Positions 27,386 through 40,979 are shown, numbered from the stretch's first letter. The stretch: 64,000 bases of DNA from Octopus sinensis (GCF_006345805.1 NC_043002.1:65162001-65226000); one strand, 5' to 3'. The notes: a model not told the origin generated them from the sequence alone. Program-made: numbers and translations.

Positions 27386-28343
27386 GTCATCGTCATCATC
27401 ATCATCACCGTGATTATTTTCTTTATTTTTCCGTTTCGGCAACTATGACTGAAATATTTCATTTATATTCTTTATAACAATTTATTCTTCATTTTACTTA
27501 CATTTCTTTCTAACGTATATTTTTTTCCCTTCAAATTCTTAAAATTTCTCCGGTCTCAATTCACTCTTCCTTTCCTTTCATACACTATATCTCCTTATCA
27601 TTTTCATATTTTCATCATCAAATGTTTTTTTTATATCTTTATATACTTCTTCAGTTCAAAATTTTCCTATATTAAACGTTATTCATTTTATTTTCTGTTC
27701 TGTTATTTTTATTCTCTTTTAGTATTGTCTTTCTGTATTCACATATATTTCTTTTGTATCAATACTCCAATTCGTTTAACGTTCCCTATCCGAGTTTAAA
27801 AATTCTTTCATAACAAAATTATTAATACACTGTAACAAAATATTTATTGTCATTTTTCAGTATATTTTAGGTTGTTACGTAAATCTGAAGTAAGAAATTG
27901 AATTTTCATACGCAGGATTTTACGCTCACATGCACACATACAGACACATGCTTATAAAGATGCATATGCATTGCTGCAAAATCACACACACATATGCGTA
28001 AGTGTATGTGCTTGTTAATTTTTGCTTTTATCTCAAGTTATATACAAAATCAATTTACCATTGCACTGAAGGATTACACAATATATTTAACGGAGTACAG
28101 GAATACATGATTTTCAAGTTCTCAAGGAAAACTTTGATAGTGACGTCGAAGTTCATGTTTACATACCTTCGTCAGAATTCTGTGGTAAATAATTTTTATG
28201 TAACTATTTGTGAGGGATTATCAATCCGGGAAAAATAATTCAGAAGCGCTCCGTCTGCAAACCAAGCTGATAATATTTATTCCTTTATTGCCCGCAGAGA
28301 GCTAAGCATAGAGGAGCAAGGTCCCGGTCGTAGTCCATCAACA

Positions 28344-28470
28344 TTGGCTCTGCTGAAACTAGCATTCATTTTTTTAGGTCGTTCAACTTTTCTCAAATAA
28401 ACTAAAGTCCAAATGAGTAACCCTGTCTCAAGGGAACCTATAATGACTACTGGAAACAGCTGTAAGCCAA
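28344..28470 (+). ncRNA. Type I hammerhead motif with A6C core and long stem II
   Basis: TTGGCT-CTGCTGA-[~96 nt with TAG..TCATT..TAGGT / ACCTA..AATGA..CTA pairing]-GAAAC-AGCT-GTA-AGCCAA; perfect 6-bp stem I; palindromic ACAGCTGT. Confidence 0.55.
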
Positions 28471-28508
28471 ATTTAATCCAATAAAGGGAAATGGCCATTA
28501 TTTATACC

Positions 28509-28562
<54 letters not shown>

Positions 28563-29069
28563 GGCGAGGGAGAGAGACCGACCGACGGACAGACAGATGT
28601 ATGTATGTATACAAATATATATATATTTGTGCACATACATATATGCACATACATTTACACGTAACACTAATATCACTAATCTTGTAAACATCCCCAACTA
28701 TAGATGATTGCAACAAATAATGTTGTTGAACTGAACAAACAAAATTTTATTTCGAGTTCATTCAAGCCATCAATTGTGTAGTCTTCCTTCCATAATAATC
28801 TAGATATTTCAACGGCAAGAATTGTTAAGAATAAACATTTCTAGTTTCACTATATATATATTCTGTTTCTTAAATTTGTTGTATACTTCAGTTTTATATC
28901 AACAGTTCTACCACACCTAATTCATATATTTATTGGAGGTTGTTTATTTAGTTTTGTCACTCTCATTTCTTTGTTTATTTTATTTTCCATCTTTATTTTT
29001 TTTTTATATTTACGATTTCAGACAATTTTGTTTGTATTCGCTTTTAAAACTTCAACAAATAATAATTTC

Positions 29070-29270
29070 AAATTTTAGCACAATACCAAAAAATTTGACA
29101 GAGTGGATAAACAGATTACATCGTATTCAGTTAGTATTTAACATTATCGATCCCAAATAGATGAAAAGCAAAGTCGACCTCAGCGGAATTTGAACTCAGA
29201 ACGCAAAAACGGACGAAATGCTGCTAAGCATTCTGCCTGGCGTTTTAACGGTTCTGCCAGCTCTCCGCTT
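29070..29270 (-). mobile_element. SINE family A (diverged)
   Basis: GATGAAAAGCAAAGTCGACCTCAGCGGAATTTGAACTCAGAACG...TTCTGCCAGCTC. Confidence 0.8.
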
Positions 29271-29692
29271 TCAAAGATACAACAAATATACAAGAAATAG
29301 CGCCATATATGTTTTTTTTATTTTGAAATGTTGTATTCAGATAATTTCTCCTTTTAGTTTCTAGAGGAGTTTTTATCCCACTTGACGTAGGGTTGGGATG
29401 GGGGAAATTGAAGCCTCTTCTTTTTAAGGTGCAGGTATGGCTGCGTTGTTAGGACATTCCATTTGTATCTATGTGGTTTCTGTTTCAGTCAGACTAAGCG
29501 GCACCTTAGGCATCAGTCTGTCACTGTAACCCCTAACCGACGGAAACGGTGTGGAAAAACGTGGTAAATATGTATGTATGTATGTATATACACACGCAAG
29601 CGCGCGCACACACACATGTTTATGAACTTGCGTTGCAAGATTCTTGATGTGAAATAGTGTGTTGAAACATATATTGTTATATTTCGGAATAC

Positions 29693-29911
29693 TCTTTTAC
29701 TTTTTTACTTGTTTCAGTCATTGACTGTGGTCATGCTGGAGCACCTCTTCAGTCGAGCAAATCGACCCCAGCACTTATACTTTGTAAGCCTAGTACTTAT
29801 TCTATTGCTCTCTTTTGCCAACCGCTATGTCACGGGGACGTAAACACACCAGCATCAGTTGTCAAGCGATGTTGGGGGGACAAACACAGACACACAAACA
29901 TACACACACAA

Positions 29912-29956
<45 letters not shown>

Positions 29957-30122
29957 CATACGACGGGCCTCTTTCAGCCTCCCTCTACCAAATCCACTCA
30001 CAAGGTTTTGGTCGGCCCGAGGGTATAGTAGAAGACACTTGCCCAAGGTACCACGCAGTGGGATTAAACCCAGTATCATATGGTTCGTAAGCAAGCTACT
30101 TTTCACACAGACACTCCTACGC
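29693..30122 (-). mobile_element. SINE family B, full length
   Basis: Complete reverse complement of the family B sequence. Confidence 0.88.
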
Positions 30123-30727
30123 GATCAGATTTTCTTTGTTTTTTTTTTTATTTTGCCAAATAAACACAGGCACTATATAATTGTTATTCACCCGTTTATT
30201 ACTGCTCTTAGAAGAACGTAATGAACTAAGTGGAACAGGAGCATACACGTGATCAGTGACGAAACATCAGTAATAAAATAGTAAAGGATGAATATACAGT
30301 GCGTGTGTTCATTTGACAAAAGATATAATTATATATATATAATTTGGACGTTGTTATATTTCAAGATGTATGCCGAATAGTCCACTTGGATCTTAGTGGT
30401 TATGGTCACTGATTACAATTTTGTTCCATTTGTTTTCAAATTTGGTATATGGATTAAGTTTTGTATGCTAATTATTAAAATGAAATTCATCTTCCCAATA
30501 AATTCATAATGGAAAAGTTACTAGTCTTTAAATTTTAAAAATTTAGGTATTTTAGCCAATTAGAAGCGAGTATTTTACACATCAGGATGAAGTTCTGTTA
30601 GCATTGTAAACAAAGAAGCTTAATATGTGTTCCATAGCTGATTGCGAAGAACTCTGTTTCTATAGTAACCAAAGATGCTGTGCATGCGCAAAAGTCGTGT
30701 AACCACCAAATTAAATGTAACCAATAA

Positions 30728-30860
30728 ATTGTGAGTACCTGGGCATCTTTACAGCGTAGAGACAAACGCTGGCGTAGGACACACGGTTCCATGATTCACG
30801 CTTCTCTTTGTGAATTTATGTGGAGAACGAGATATGAAAAAGATTACTTATATTCCTAGA
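30728..30860 (+). pseudogene. Merlin/ISXO2-like (IS1595-related) DDE transposase C-terminal remnant
   Basis: IVSTWASLQRRDKRWRRTHGSMIHASLCEFMWRTRY resembles the Merlin motif IES.W...KR.....GT....L.SYL.EFMWR; too short to appear in the ORF track. Confidence 0.65.
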
Positions 30861-30918
30861 GTGTATTGCAAACTTACTTTCTTGAGGTTTTCAACGTATA
30901 AACGTCTGTTTTAAGCAA

Positions 30919-31712
30919 TGTTTTGACTGTTATTTCTAGCAATTCCTGTTGGTTTGCTTGTAGCTTTTAAATATTTAATTTGCTCGCAAATGTTTTAATG
31001 TTTTTCACTGTTTTCACTGTTTACTTTGCTGGTGTATATTTTAACGTTTTGACCGTTATTTCTAGCAACTCCTGTTGGTTTGCTCGCAGTTCTTAAATAT
31101 TTACTTTGCTCGCGAATGTTTTTTTGTTTTTCCCTGTTTATTTTGCTGTTATTGTTTTGACTGTTATTTCTAGTAACTCCTGTCGGTTTGCTCGTAGCTT
31201 TTAAATATTTAATTTAGTTGCAGCTAGTTTAATGTTTTGACATGCCAGTGCCCCCCCCCCTCGCTTTCTCGCTACTGTAACAGATGTTGGAAGAGATAGC
31301 CAACGCGCTGTTTTCTGATTAGCTGAAAATTCCGAAAATTATCAAACTTTGAACACCTGCAACATTTTCGCAAAATTTTTTGGAATAAATGATTAACAAA
31401 TTCGGATCCAGCGTCAACAATTACGGAACTAGTCTTCTTCATTAGCAAAATGAGCCCCTTTCAATTTTTTTCAGATTGCTTTCACTTTTGGTGTATCGGT
31501 GCATCTCTGAATTTTGATTACGATCAACCAATTACTTTATCTCGTAAATTAAAGAATTTTAGCGAATCAACAAACAGCGTGGCATTAGCAGCTTGTTATC
31601 ATGGCAACCGCACGCTGTGTTGCGGTTCACTGCCTGTGCCTCACGTTTTGACTGTTATTTCTAGCAATTCCTGTTGGTTTGCTTGAAGCTTTTAAATATT
31701 TAATTTGCTCGC
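30919..31712. repeat. Four ~68-bp dispersed direct repeats
   Basis: GTTTTGACTGTTATTTCTAGCAATTCCTGTTGGTTTGCT...TTAAATATTTAATTTGCTCGC at ~30919, 31046, 31153 and 31645. Confidence 0.85.
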
Positions 31713-33329
31713 TTGGGACAAAGAATTCATCCCAAGGAAAAGAATACCTGTATCTTATATGTTTTTGTATGCAGAATTCAAAAATAATGTCATATTATCT
31801 GTATCACCCACAGATTCTCTGTTTCGCGATATCCCTCTCAGTTCCTGTTACGTGGGCTAAATTTCAGTTAAGAAGTTGAAATGTGAAGCTAACGGTTTTT
31901 GTTAGAAATACTACTAATTTAAAGTTTTATGAATAGAATTAACCTAGTGAAATCATAAATCCCGCTATCTAAGTCAATGTGTCCCAAAAATGAAAAAATA
32001 GGCAAAAATACTAACACACAGAAAAACTAGATCCAAAATTACATCTATATGATACATTAATTTTTTTTTTTAAGATTTCGACATACAGTGACGGTAACCA
32101 CAAAGATCCGAGCATTTTCATCGTTTCGACTTGATTTTTCACATTTGATTCTTCACATCACGAAATTCTTCTCATCCGCATGCCTTGTTTTAATTCTTCT
32201 GTTTTAGTATATTACATATTTTTCAGTGCTTCTGTGAGTTAATATTTTTCTCTGCTTTTCTGTGAATAATTTCGGGGTTATAACCAATAGTTGAGGCTAT
32301 AATTCACTGTTTATACATAATATAAATTACAGAAAAAGATGGAATATAAACCTGGCGAGATAAAACGAAGGAAAACTATACATTTGTTGACATGAACACA
32401 TATATAGACGTATACGTACACACACATATATACACACTCACACTTTCGTCAAGGAAAGGGCATTCTCAAACAATCAAGATGGTCGTATTAGAGGCAGAGA
32501 AATTAATATCTTGCGCCCCGTTGTGGAGCCATTCTTCAGCCGGTTACAGATGACTGGATCAGCTTACTTAGCGCTGGTTTGGTAGACAGGAGTACACATA
32601 CACAAGTATACGTAGGCACACACTCACACATATATTTAGCAGTTTTTAGCATGCGCAAACACGTGTATACTAATACTAGCATTTATATACATACAACTAC
32701 AAATACATATGCTTATATTTATACGCTTATATTTATGTGCATTTATATGTGTTCATTCTACATTCACATGGAAGGTCTCTTAAAATGCGCATAGATATAT
32801 TTATATGCATGTGCATTAATATTTTTACATGTATGATTCCCCATACAAACATTTATATTCCAGGCGTATAATCGCACCTCATGATATATCTCACTCTTCC
32901 TTACCCACACCTATGAAGTCATATTTATATATGCACGAGCAAAACGCCCCCCCCCCCCGCAGTATAATGGACGGTGCTGAGTTGTCAAACATTTAAACCA
33001 AATTTTCTCAAAACAACTTGTCCGACCGTCCCATAGGCCTCCCCTTCTAGAAACACTGATTTAACCTAAATTTGAGACACCAGCAAAAGAAGAAATAAAG
33101 ATAGACTTCTTTCTATTCCAAAGAAATACGATTTTATTCACACAAAACCGAAGAGTTTAAAGTACCAGTAATAATAAGCCTGCTGACTGGAAGAACACAA
33201 ACATGGTTTAAATAGTAAGCTTGGCAGGAAAGAAACGTGCTTTAAGCAGTACAAAAACAACCAAAAATGAAAGGTGCAGTTATGTACAGGTTGACGGCAG
33301 AAAAGCAGGACAAAGACGACTGTATCGAT

Positions 33330-33491
33330 TGCATTCTCACCTGGAATCGATTTTTGTAATTTTTTCAAGACTTATACACGCCCTGACACCGTCGGTATCT
33401 ACATATCAAATTTGAGCGCAATCGGATGGAGGATGCTTGAGATCCTAGAAGACACACACACAGGCAGTCAGAACGGATTTTATATAATAGA
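33330..33491 (-). mobile_element. Probable Helitron-type 5' end fragment
   Basis: Minus strand begins A|TCTATTATATAAAA, then a (GT)n stretch and CCGATTGCGCTCAAATTTG, like non-autonomous Helitron 5' ends; no 3' CTAG/hairpin located. Confidence 0.45.
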
Positions 33492-33949
33492 TGTATATAC
33501 GAGTAGCTATATTTTCGTATTTACATACGTCAATACATGTCAAGGGCGCATTAGTGTCTAGTGGCAGTCGGACAGGCAGACTCATTCCCATAGTTACATA
33601 AATAATCAGACAATAATCACAACCCATAATGTATAAGATGGAATCACATAGACAGTTAACACATACTACTTGAACAGTCAACAATTTTACATATAACATT
33701 CGACATTATTCCCGGTATAGATACTACTTGGATCGATATTCCAGGAGTCTAGGGTCAGTCCGTATGTGTTAGTGCGGTACAACATTCTCAGCCTATAACA
33801 TATATCATGTAATTTATGGAACACAACATATAGTGTTTTGGGGATTTATATAGTTTTTTTTTATGCGTACGCTGGTAGTATATATATATACTCGCGTCTC
33901 ATGTTTGATCTTTGACTTCTGGCCGAAATCAGATCGCCATGTTGATTCG

Positions 33950-34266
<317 letters not shown>

Positions 34267-34843
34267 CATGCGTACATACATGCATATGTGTGTGTGTGTG
34301 TGTGTGCGTATGAGTGTGTGTGTGTGTGTGTATTCTGTTTGATCTCGACAGTACTAGCTATATTTAAAGATCATATCTGCTTCAAACACAACATTCACTG
34401 CCGCGAATCACAACAATAAATATGATTGTTTCTAACCGAGTCACATGATCTGGAATTTGTGGGAGAAGATTAATCGATTGTTTTGATATCAATATTTTAT
34501 TGCTACTTTATTTTAACTACCGTGGAGGGATATAAGTGAAATTTAACTCCGACGAAATTTGAATTCAGAAGTTTGTGAAGCAAAAGATATAACAACTGTC
34601 CTAAGTTCTTAGGGCACTGTCAATGCACTGCTCTGATTTAGTCATATTGCATCAAACAACACTATCTACTCTATTTCATAATATTTGCCATAAGGCAATA
34701 CATAGAGGGGACGGACAAGGACAGACAAGCATAAAAAGGGTGAGTAGCTTTAAACGATTAAAAATTGACAATGATTATCATACAGATGAGATTTAAAATG
34801 AATACATTGCTAAAAGCAATGTTTAACACGAAGGAAAGGCACC

Positions 34844-35083
34844 CTACACCAGTGTAGAACCTTTGCTTTCTTTCCGTGGCTCCGCTCGCTCGGTGCCAGT
34901 TACTCCCAGCTTTCTTTCCACAAGCTTCCATCTTTTTCTGAATTTTTCACGTGGCAGTTGCCTCTTCTCCAGCCTGATCTTACTGCTGAGTTGGTAACTA
35001 AAAAAGTTGACCAAATCCTGGCCAGATACGAAGGTACCCGTCACAATCTCTTTCAGCCGCGTCTTCCATACTGTTTCTTTCAA
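34844..35083 (-). pseudogene. Tx1/L1-like LINE ORF2 C-terminal fragment
   Basis: KETVWKTRLK...LVNFFSYQLSSKIRLEKRQL..EKFRKRW resembles the Tx1-type tail K..IW..R....F...L..RI..E.....F...W; GC content above flanks. Confidence 0.55.
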
Positions 35084-35469
35084 CCAACACTATCTACTCA
35101 ACACATGGTATACAGAAGATAATGTTAGTTGATCCCATAAAACCTGAGAATCCGACTGGTCACATTAATTTGTCTATCCCGAAAGAATGAAAGACACAAT
35201 TTTGTTCTCGGTGGAATTTGAACACACAATTTAAAGAGCCTGAACAATTAGCGCAGGTATTTGCGTTCAGGCAAACAAACGATTCTGCTAATACAGAAAG
35301 GGAAGTTGACCAAAGCGTTTTTTTTTAACGTAGAACGCATAAAACATTGAAGAAAAAATGATGAAGGACGACAAAAGACTTCATTCAATTGACCGTTCTT
35401 TCAACTTTCACTTCATTTCTCCAAATATTCTTCAGATACCTTCTTTATATTGTATACTGGTGGCGTGGT

Positions 35470-35521
<52 letters not shown>

Positions 35522-35553
35522 GAGGAGGAGGAGGAGGAGGAGGAGGAGGAGGA
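35470..35553. repeat. Compound (TAG)n(GAG)n microsatellite
   Basis: Direct reading. Confidence 0.95.
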
Positions 35554-36016
35554 AGTGTAGTAGATTAATTATTATTATTCAGTCAATCTTATGATAAAAT
35601 GCTTTTCGGCATTTGCTTCTGTTTTCATTGGTGTGTTGGTCTATGTGTGTGTGTGTATGTGTGTGTATGTGTGCGTGTTTGTGTGCGTGTTGTTTTTTTC
35701 TTTTTTGTCCTGTTCCATTTTTAGGGAGAGAAGAGAGAGGGTATGTATTGTTTTTGTTTTTTTTAATTTTCAAATTTTCAAAAATTTCTTATTTTCGCGA
35801 AAGTCCATTTATAAATGTATGAAAGTTGGTGTTGGTGGAGGAATATAGAAAATGAAATAATCAAAACCCCCAAAAAAGATGGAGAATAAATAAATAAATA
35901 AAAATAATTTCAACGATAATGATATAAAATTGAAGAAAATAATAAGGATAATGATAAACACGAAACAATAAATAAATGAGCAAAATTTTTGAAAGGAAAA
36001 AATAGGATGGACGCTA

Positions 36017-36052
36017 ATTTGCATAAAGCATTGAGGAAATTTGCATATTCAT
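36017..36052. promoter_or_regulatory. Two octamer (POU-binding) motifs, the second extended to ATTTGCATATTCAT
   Basis: ATTTGCAT at 36017-36024 and 36039-36046 in non-repeat sequence; function is inference. Confidence 0.35.
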
Positions 36053-36168
36053 GAGTTTCAGAAAGTTTTTGTGTGATGTCTTTTGTTTTTGTATTTTATT
36101 TTTCACTTGTTTTCTTATGTGCGCGCACGAACTTCAGGTCTTCAAATATGTTCTCTTGTTCTTCTCAC

Positions 36169-36371
36169 GGTGTCCAGTATTGTATGTTTGCGATAGTTAT
36201 GTAGTAGTGGGGGATAAAACTTGTAGATGGGTGAGGTGCGTTCGTCGCATGTCGTGGTAGTGGTGAATAAATGAGGTTACTGGTTGCGAACGTGGCCGCC
36301 ATGTTGTTGCTATTATTTTCACTCTTACTGTCCTTACTGTTGATGCTGTTGTTGTTGTCGTTGTTGTTCAT
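36169..36371 (-). CDS. Candidate first coding exon of an unidentified host gene
   Basis: In-frame ATGs at 36371 and 36302 (context AACATGGCGG); reads MAATFATSNLIYSPLPRHATNAPHPSTSFIPHYYITIANIQYWT, then donor-like ACC|GTGAGA at 36169/36168. No recognisable domain. Confidence 0.3.
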
Positions 36372-36686
36372 ATTGATGATGATGAAGACGATGATGTTGA
36401 TGATGATGATGATGATGATTATGACGACGGTTGTAATGTTACTGTTTAAACGCAAGGCTGTAGCGCTTATTAAGCAGGTCTGTGATTAAACGCATTGAAG
36501 CTGAGAGTATCTTGTCTCTCAGGCATCATGAATTTAAAACACTATATTATGTAGCTTCACACTCACACACACACACACACATACACACACACAACGCACA
36601 AATACATATAATCATGTATATGTAGGCAAAGCACGTAGCATGTATATGTATGCAACACACACACACAAATATATATGTATATATAT

Positions 36687-36945
36687 CACCGTGATCACAG
36701 TGACCACCAGGCTAGCTGATGTTGCTACACATCGCTGGTCACAATGCGCTTCACATTGTTTAGCCTTCAAATGACGCCACCCCGCTACGAACAGAAGAAA
36801 GAGTGAGAGAAAGTTGGTGTGAAAGAGCCTCGTGGAGCTTTAGGTGTTTTCGCTCAATAAACATTCACAACGCCCGGTCTGGGAATCGAAGCAGCGATCC
36901 TACGACCGCGAGTCATCTGCCCTAACCACTGGGCCATTGCGCCTC
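36687..36945 (-). mobile_element. tRNA-derived SINE family D (internally deleted)
   Basis: Minus head GAGGCGCAATGGCCCAGTGGTTAGGGCAG...TTCGATTCCCAGACCGGGCG; related head at 57640. Confidence 0.75.
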
Positions 36946-37459
36946 AACATATGTATATATCTGTGCGTGTATATATACAATTATGTATACGCATGTAATG
37001 CACGTAACACACACACACACTCACACACACATTTATATAGATACATGCATACACATATGCACATGTACCTGCAGATCATAAGAGTGCAGTTTCAGAGGAA
37101 TCTGGGTAGTATTTCTAAAAGACCAAACGTAGAAAGCACAGTGTTGGCTTCGTTTTCCTTTTGTCCTTTCTTCTGATCATCGCTGTAGCTGTTATGAAGA
37201 GTTATAGACAGGCAGGATGGTGATCACAGAAAGATATTAATGCTGTAGAAGGCACCTCGTTATGTTTCCAGTTGGTGTACAATGGTCCGTTTTAACCTAC
37301 ATCTTTTCTTTTTAACCGTTTAAGATGCATATGTTTGGTTTCATTAACATTTGGCAATGGTCGTGGAGGTGGTGGTGGTGGAGAGGGGGTAATGGCGGTT
37401 GTCTTGCTGGGATTACTGTCGGAAAAATTCAATGATGAGCGGTACTAATTCAAAGTAGT

Positions 37460-37650
37460 CAAAAAGAAGAAAAGTATTAAAGAGAAAACGGTGAAGGAGA
37501 AGGAAGAGAAGAGGAGAGAAGGGGAGGAGAGAAGAGAGAGGAGGAGGAGGAGGAGGAGGAGGAGAGAAGAGAGAGGAGGAGGAGGAGAATAGAGAGAGGA
37601 CGAGGAGGAAGTGGAAGAGAAGAGAAAGAGGAGGAGGAGGAGGAGGTGCA
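37460..37650. repeat. Polypurine (GGA/GA) tract
   Basis: Nearly pure purines on the + strand. Confidence 0.9.
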
Positions 37651-37894
37651 CAATAGAGGACAACAAAATGAAAGTCGTTAAACATTCGACGAATTGACGG
37701 AATACATCCATAACTACGCGCAAAACAAACACGCATGCACCCTCAAACACACACTCACACACACATGCACACATACACACACAGATATATATGTCTGTGT
37801 GTGTGTGTGTGTAATTAATATCACGTGGAAGAAGGTGGTTCTTTTCCATTACCCAAAGTGAATGGAGCTTTGCCAGGAGGAATTCATATCCTGT

Positions 37895-38022
37895 CTATTC
37901 TAGGCACAAGGCCCGAAATTTTGGGAGAGGAGGCCAGTCGAATAGATCAACCTGGTACTTAATTTATCGACCCCGAAAGGGTGAAAGGCAAAGTCGACCT
38001 CATCAGAATTTGAACTCAGAGC
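37895..38022 (-). mobile_element. SINE family A, 3' part
   Basis: CTAGGCACAAGGCCCGAAATTTTGGG...GAATTTGAACTCAGA. Confidence 0.8.
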
Positions 38023-38097
<75 letters not shown>

Positions 38098-39419
38098 TAT
38101 TATTATTATTATTATATTATTATTATTATTATGATTATATGTAGAAAAATACAAACTGGGACGAGAACGCAAAACACGGACGGGACATTCGAAGCCATCA
38201 ATCTTCAGTCAAGAACCGGATCATCGTAGCAATTTCGGCTGATTAATCTTGAGATCGCTCCGATCCGGCCAGCCCCCAGGAAAACTAAGCTACGAGCATT
38301 AGAAAAACTAAGCTACGAGCATTAGATTTCTTGGAAGAAGGATCGAATGTATACGAAATAGGGACAGAAAAACGGACGATGCCACACGAATATAAAATAC
38401 AAAAAACAAAAATGAAATACGATAATGAAATACAAAAAACAAAAATGAAATACAAGAAGTAATAATGGTAAAAATAGGACGAAAACAGCAGGTGTCTTAC
38501 GACTAATAACAGTACAACAAGTTTAGCTGGCGTATTTTGGGAAAATGCCTTTATCGGCAGACGAAGACATCAGATGTTCTCATGGCTGTGGTCGAAGGCC
38601 AAAAGGCTGATTTTGACCAGCGGTCACATGACAGAAGAAAGAGAAAAGAAAGGGGGCGAAGGAAACAAAGAGAGAGAGAAAAAAGAGGGACGAAGGCAAC
38701 AAAGGGGAGAGAAGAGAGAGAAAGAAGGAATTAGAGAGGGGAGAAGGAGTGGGTGTCAAAGATTGACTTGTGAGTGCAAAGTAAGAAAGACAGAGAAATG
38801 TAAGAGTGGGGGAAGAGTAGACCAAAGAATCAGAGGCAAGAAAAGAGAAAAGGGAGAGAAGTAGAGAGAGAGAGAGAGAAGGGGACAGATCAAAGTAGAA
38901 AGCAAAGTGTGAAAAGCAGAGAAAGGTAGGAGAGAGAGACAGTGTATAGAGTCGTACCAAATTTACAGGAATATATGCTCACATAAGTGTCAAGGGGGTA
39001 CGGTCTTCGCCAAATATATTATTATTATATGTAGAAAAATACAAGAGTGTGTATGTGTATTTATGTGCCTGTGTTTGTGTTCCCACCACTACCATCGCTT
39101 GGCGACTGATGTTGTGCGACGAATATGAATCCGACAGAATATGTACCTACAAAGAAAATTTTTTCGAATAAAGGCGATGCTCCAGCATGGCTGCAGGCAA
39201 ATGATTTAAACAAATATAAAGAATACATAGAGAATACATATGTCCACGAAACCCATTCCCAAAGATTTGGTCTGCCCCACGCTAAACAAACACATGCCCA
39301 AGGTGCCACGCAGTAAGACTTAACCCGGACCCATATGATTGGGAAGCATACATCTCACCACAAAGCCACACCTACACCTCTCAACCCCTCTGTCTCATAC
39401 ACTCTCCCTATATATATAT

Positions 39420-39801
39420 TACTCTTTTTCTCTTTTACTTGTTTCAGTCAATTGACTGTGGTCATGCTGGAGCACCGCCTTTAGTCGAGCAAATCGACCC
39501 CAGGACTTATTCTTTGAAAGCCTAGTACTTACTCTATCGGTACTCTTTTCTCGTACCGCTGAGATACGGGGACGTAAACATACCAGCATCGGTTGTCAAG
39601 CGATGTTGGGGTGACAAACATAGACACACAAACACAGACGCATATATATATACATATGCATATATATGACGGGGTTCTTTCAGTTTCCGTCTACCAATTC
39701 CACTCACAAGGCTTTAGTCGGCCCGAGGCTATAGTAGAAAGCACCTGACCAAGTTGCCATGTAGTGGGACTGAACCCGGAACCATGTGGTTCGTAAGCAA
39801 G

Positions 39802-39805
<4 letters not shown>
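39420..39805 (-). mobile_element. SINE family B
   Basis: Matches family B; further fragments at ~39045-39380. Confidence 0.88.
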
Positions 39806-39886
<81 letters not shown>

Positions 39887-40281
39887 CTAGCAGTATCGCC
39901 CGGCGTTGCTCGGGTTTGTAAGGGAAGTAACTATATAAGCATTTTTAGAGATGTAAAGTATAATAGCCATCTCAATATGGCTAACCACAAATCGGGGTGC
40001 TGTTACTGTAGCTTTTTACGTTTTGAGATTTAATAATAAAGTTTTAGAGAGTTACTTCCCTTATATATGCCAAAACTGCATTAAAAATGGGAAAGACTGA
40101 TGGTAATTTTTTTTTAAATCGTAGACTCATCGTAGAAGCGCGCTAATACCCAGAAGGGCTCGATATGAATCACGACTATAAGATACCCGGTTTTGGTTAA
40201 ACTGCACCGCAAAATGTGGGAGTAGTTAGGAATCTAAATCGTAGGAGACACAGCACACAACCTCACTTTTATATATAAAGA
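39887..40281 (-). mobile_element. Complete non-autonomous Helitron (~395 bp)
   Basis: Minus strand 5' A|TC (40281-40280); 3' hairpin CCCGAGCAACGCCGGG then CTAG|T (39887-39890); inserted between A and T within (TA)n. Confidence 0.85.
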
Positions 40282-40288
40282 TATATAC

Positions 40289-40322
<34 letters not shown>

Positions 40323-40842
40323 GTATGTATATCACTGATATATTTATCTTTCTACATATAGTAAGATATATATATATATATATATATAAGTAATATATAG
40401 ATATGTTGTGCATGTATGGATATACGTGTGTGTACAACCCTCAACATCCTATATATGTTCATCAACGTGCTCCGCTTTGTTGTGTAGGTGTAATAATGAT
40501 TGTACTTTGATTTGACTTCGTAATTGTCTGTAGATTAAATGCAGTGTCTCTCTAAGACAACATGTCACACATTCTTGAACAAATTGTTTATATACCTGAA
40601 GGCATAAGCTGACAGATAATTTAGATAATGCTGATATATGTAGGAGATGCGTTAGATTCTATTTGTCTTTCGTTAATGGCTGAAGGTTTTACCTCCAATA
40701 ATATCGAGATATATGCATCATAAATCTGTCTGTGTGTTTTCCCTTTCTTTTTTTCTCTCAATCACTAATATATATGTGTGCGTATGCATTCACACACGCA
40801 TATACATATATCTATATATGTATGTATGTGTATTATATATAT

Positions 40843-40874
<32 letters not shown>

Positions 40875-40935
40875 AATATATATGCATATATGTATGTGTA
40901 TATATATATGCATACATATATACATATATATATAC

Positions 40936-40979
<44 letters not shown>

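Noticed and set aside
31594-31607. RFX X-box-like GTTATCATGGCAAC
   Set aside because: Single imperfect match inside probable transposon-derived sequence with no nearby supported promoter.
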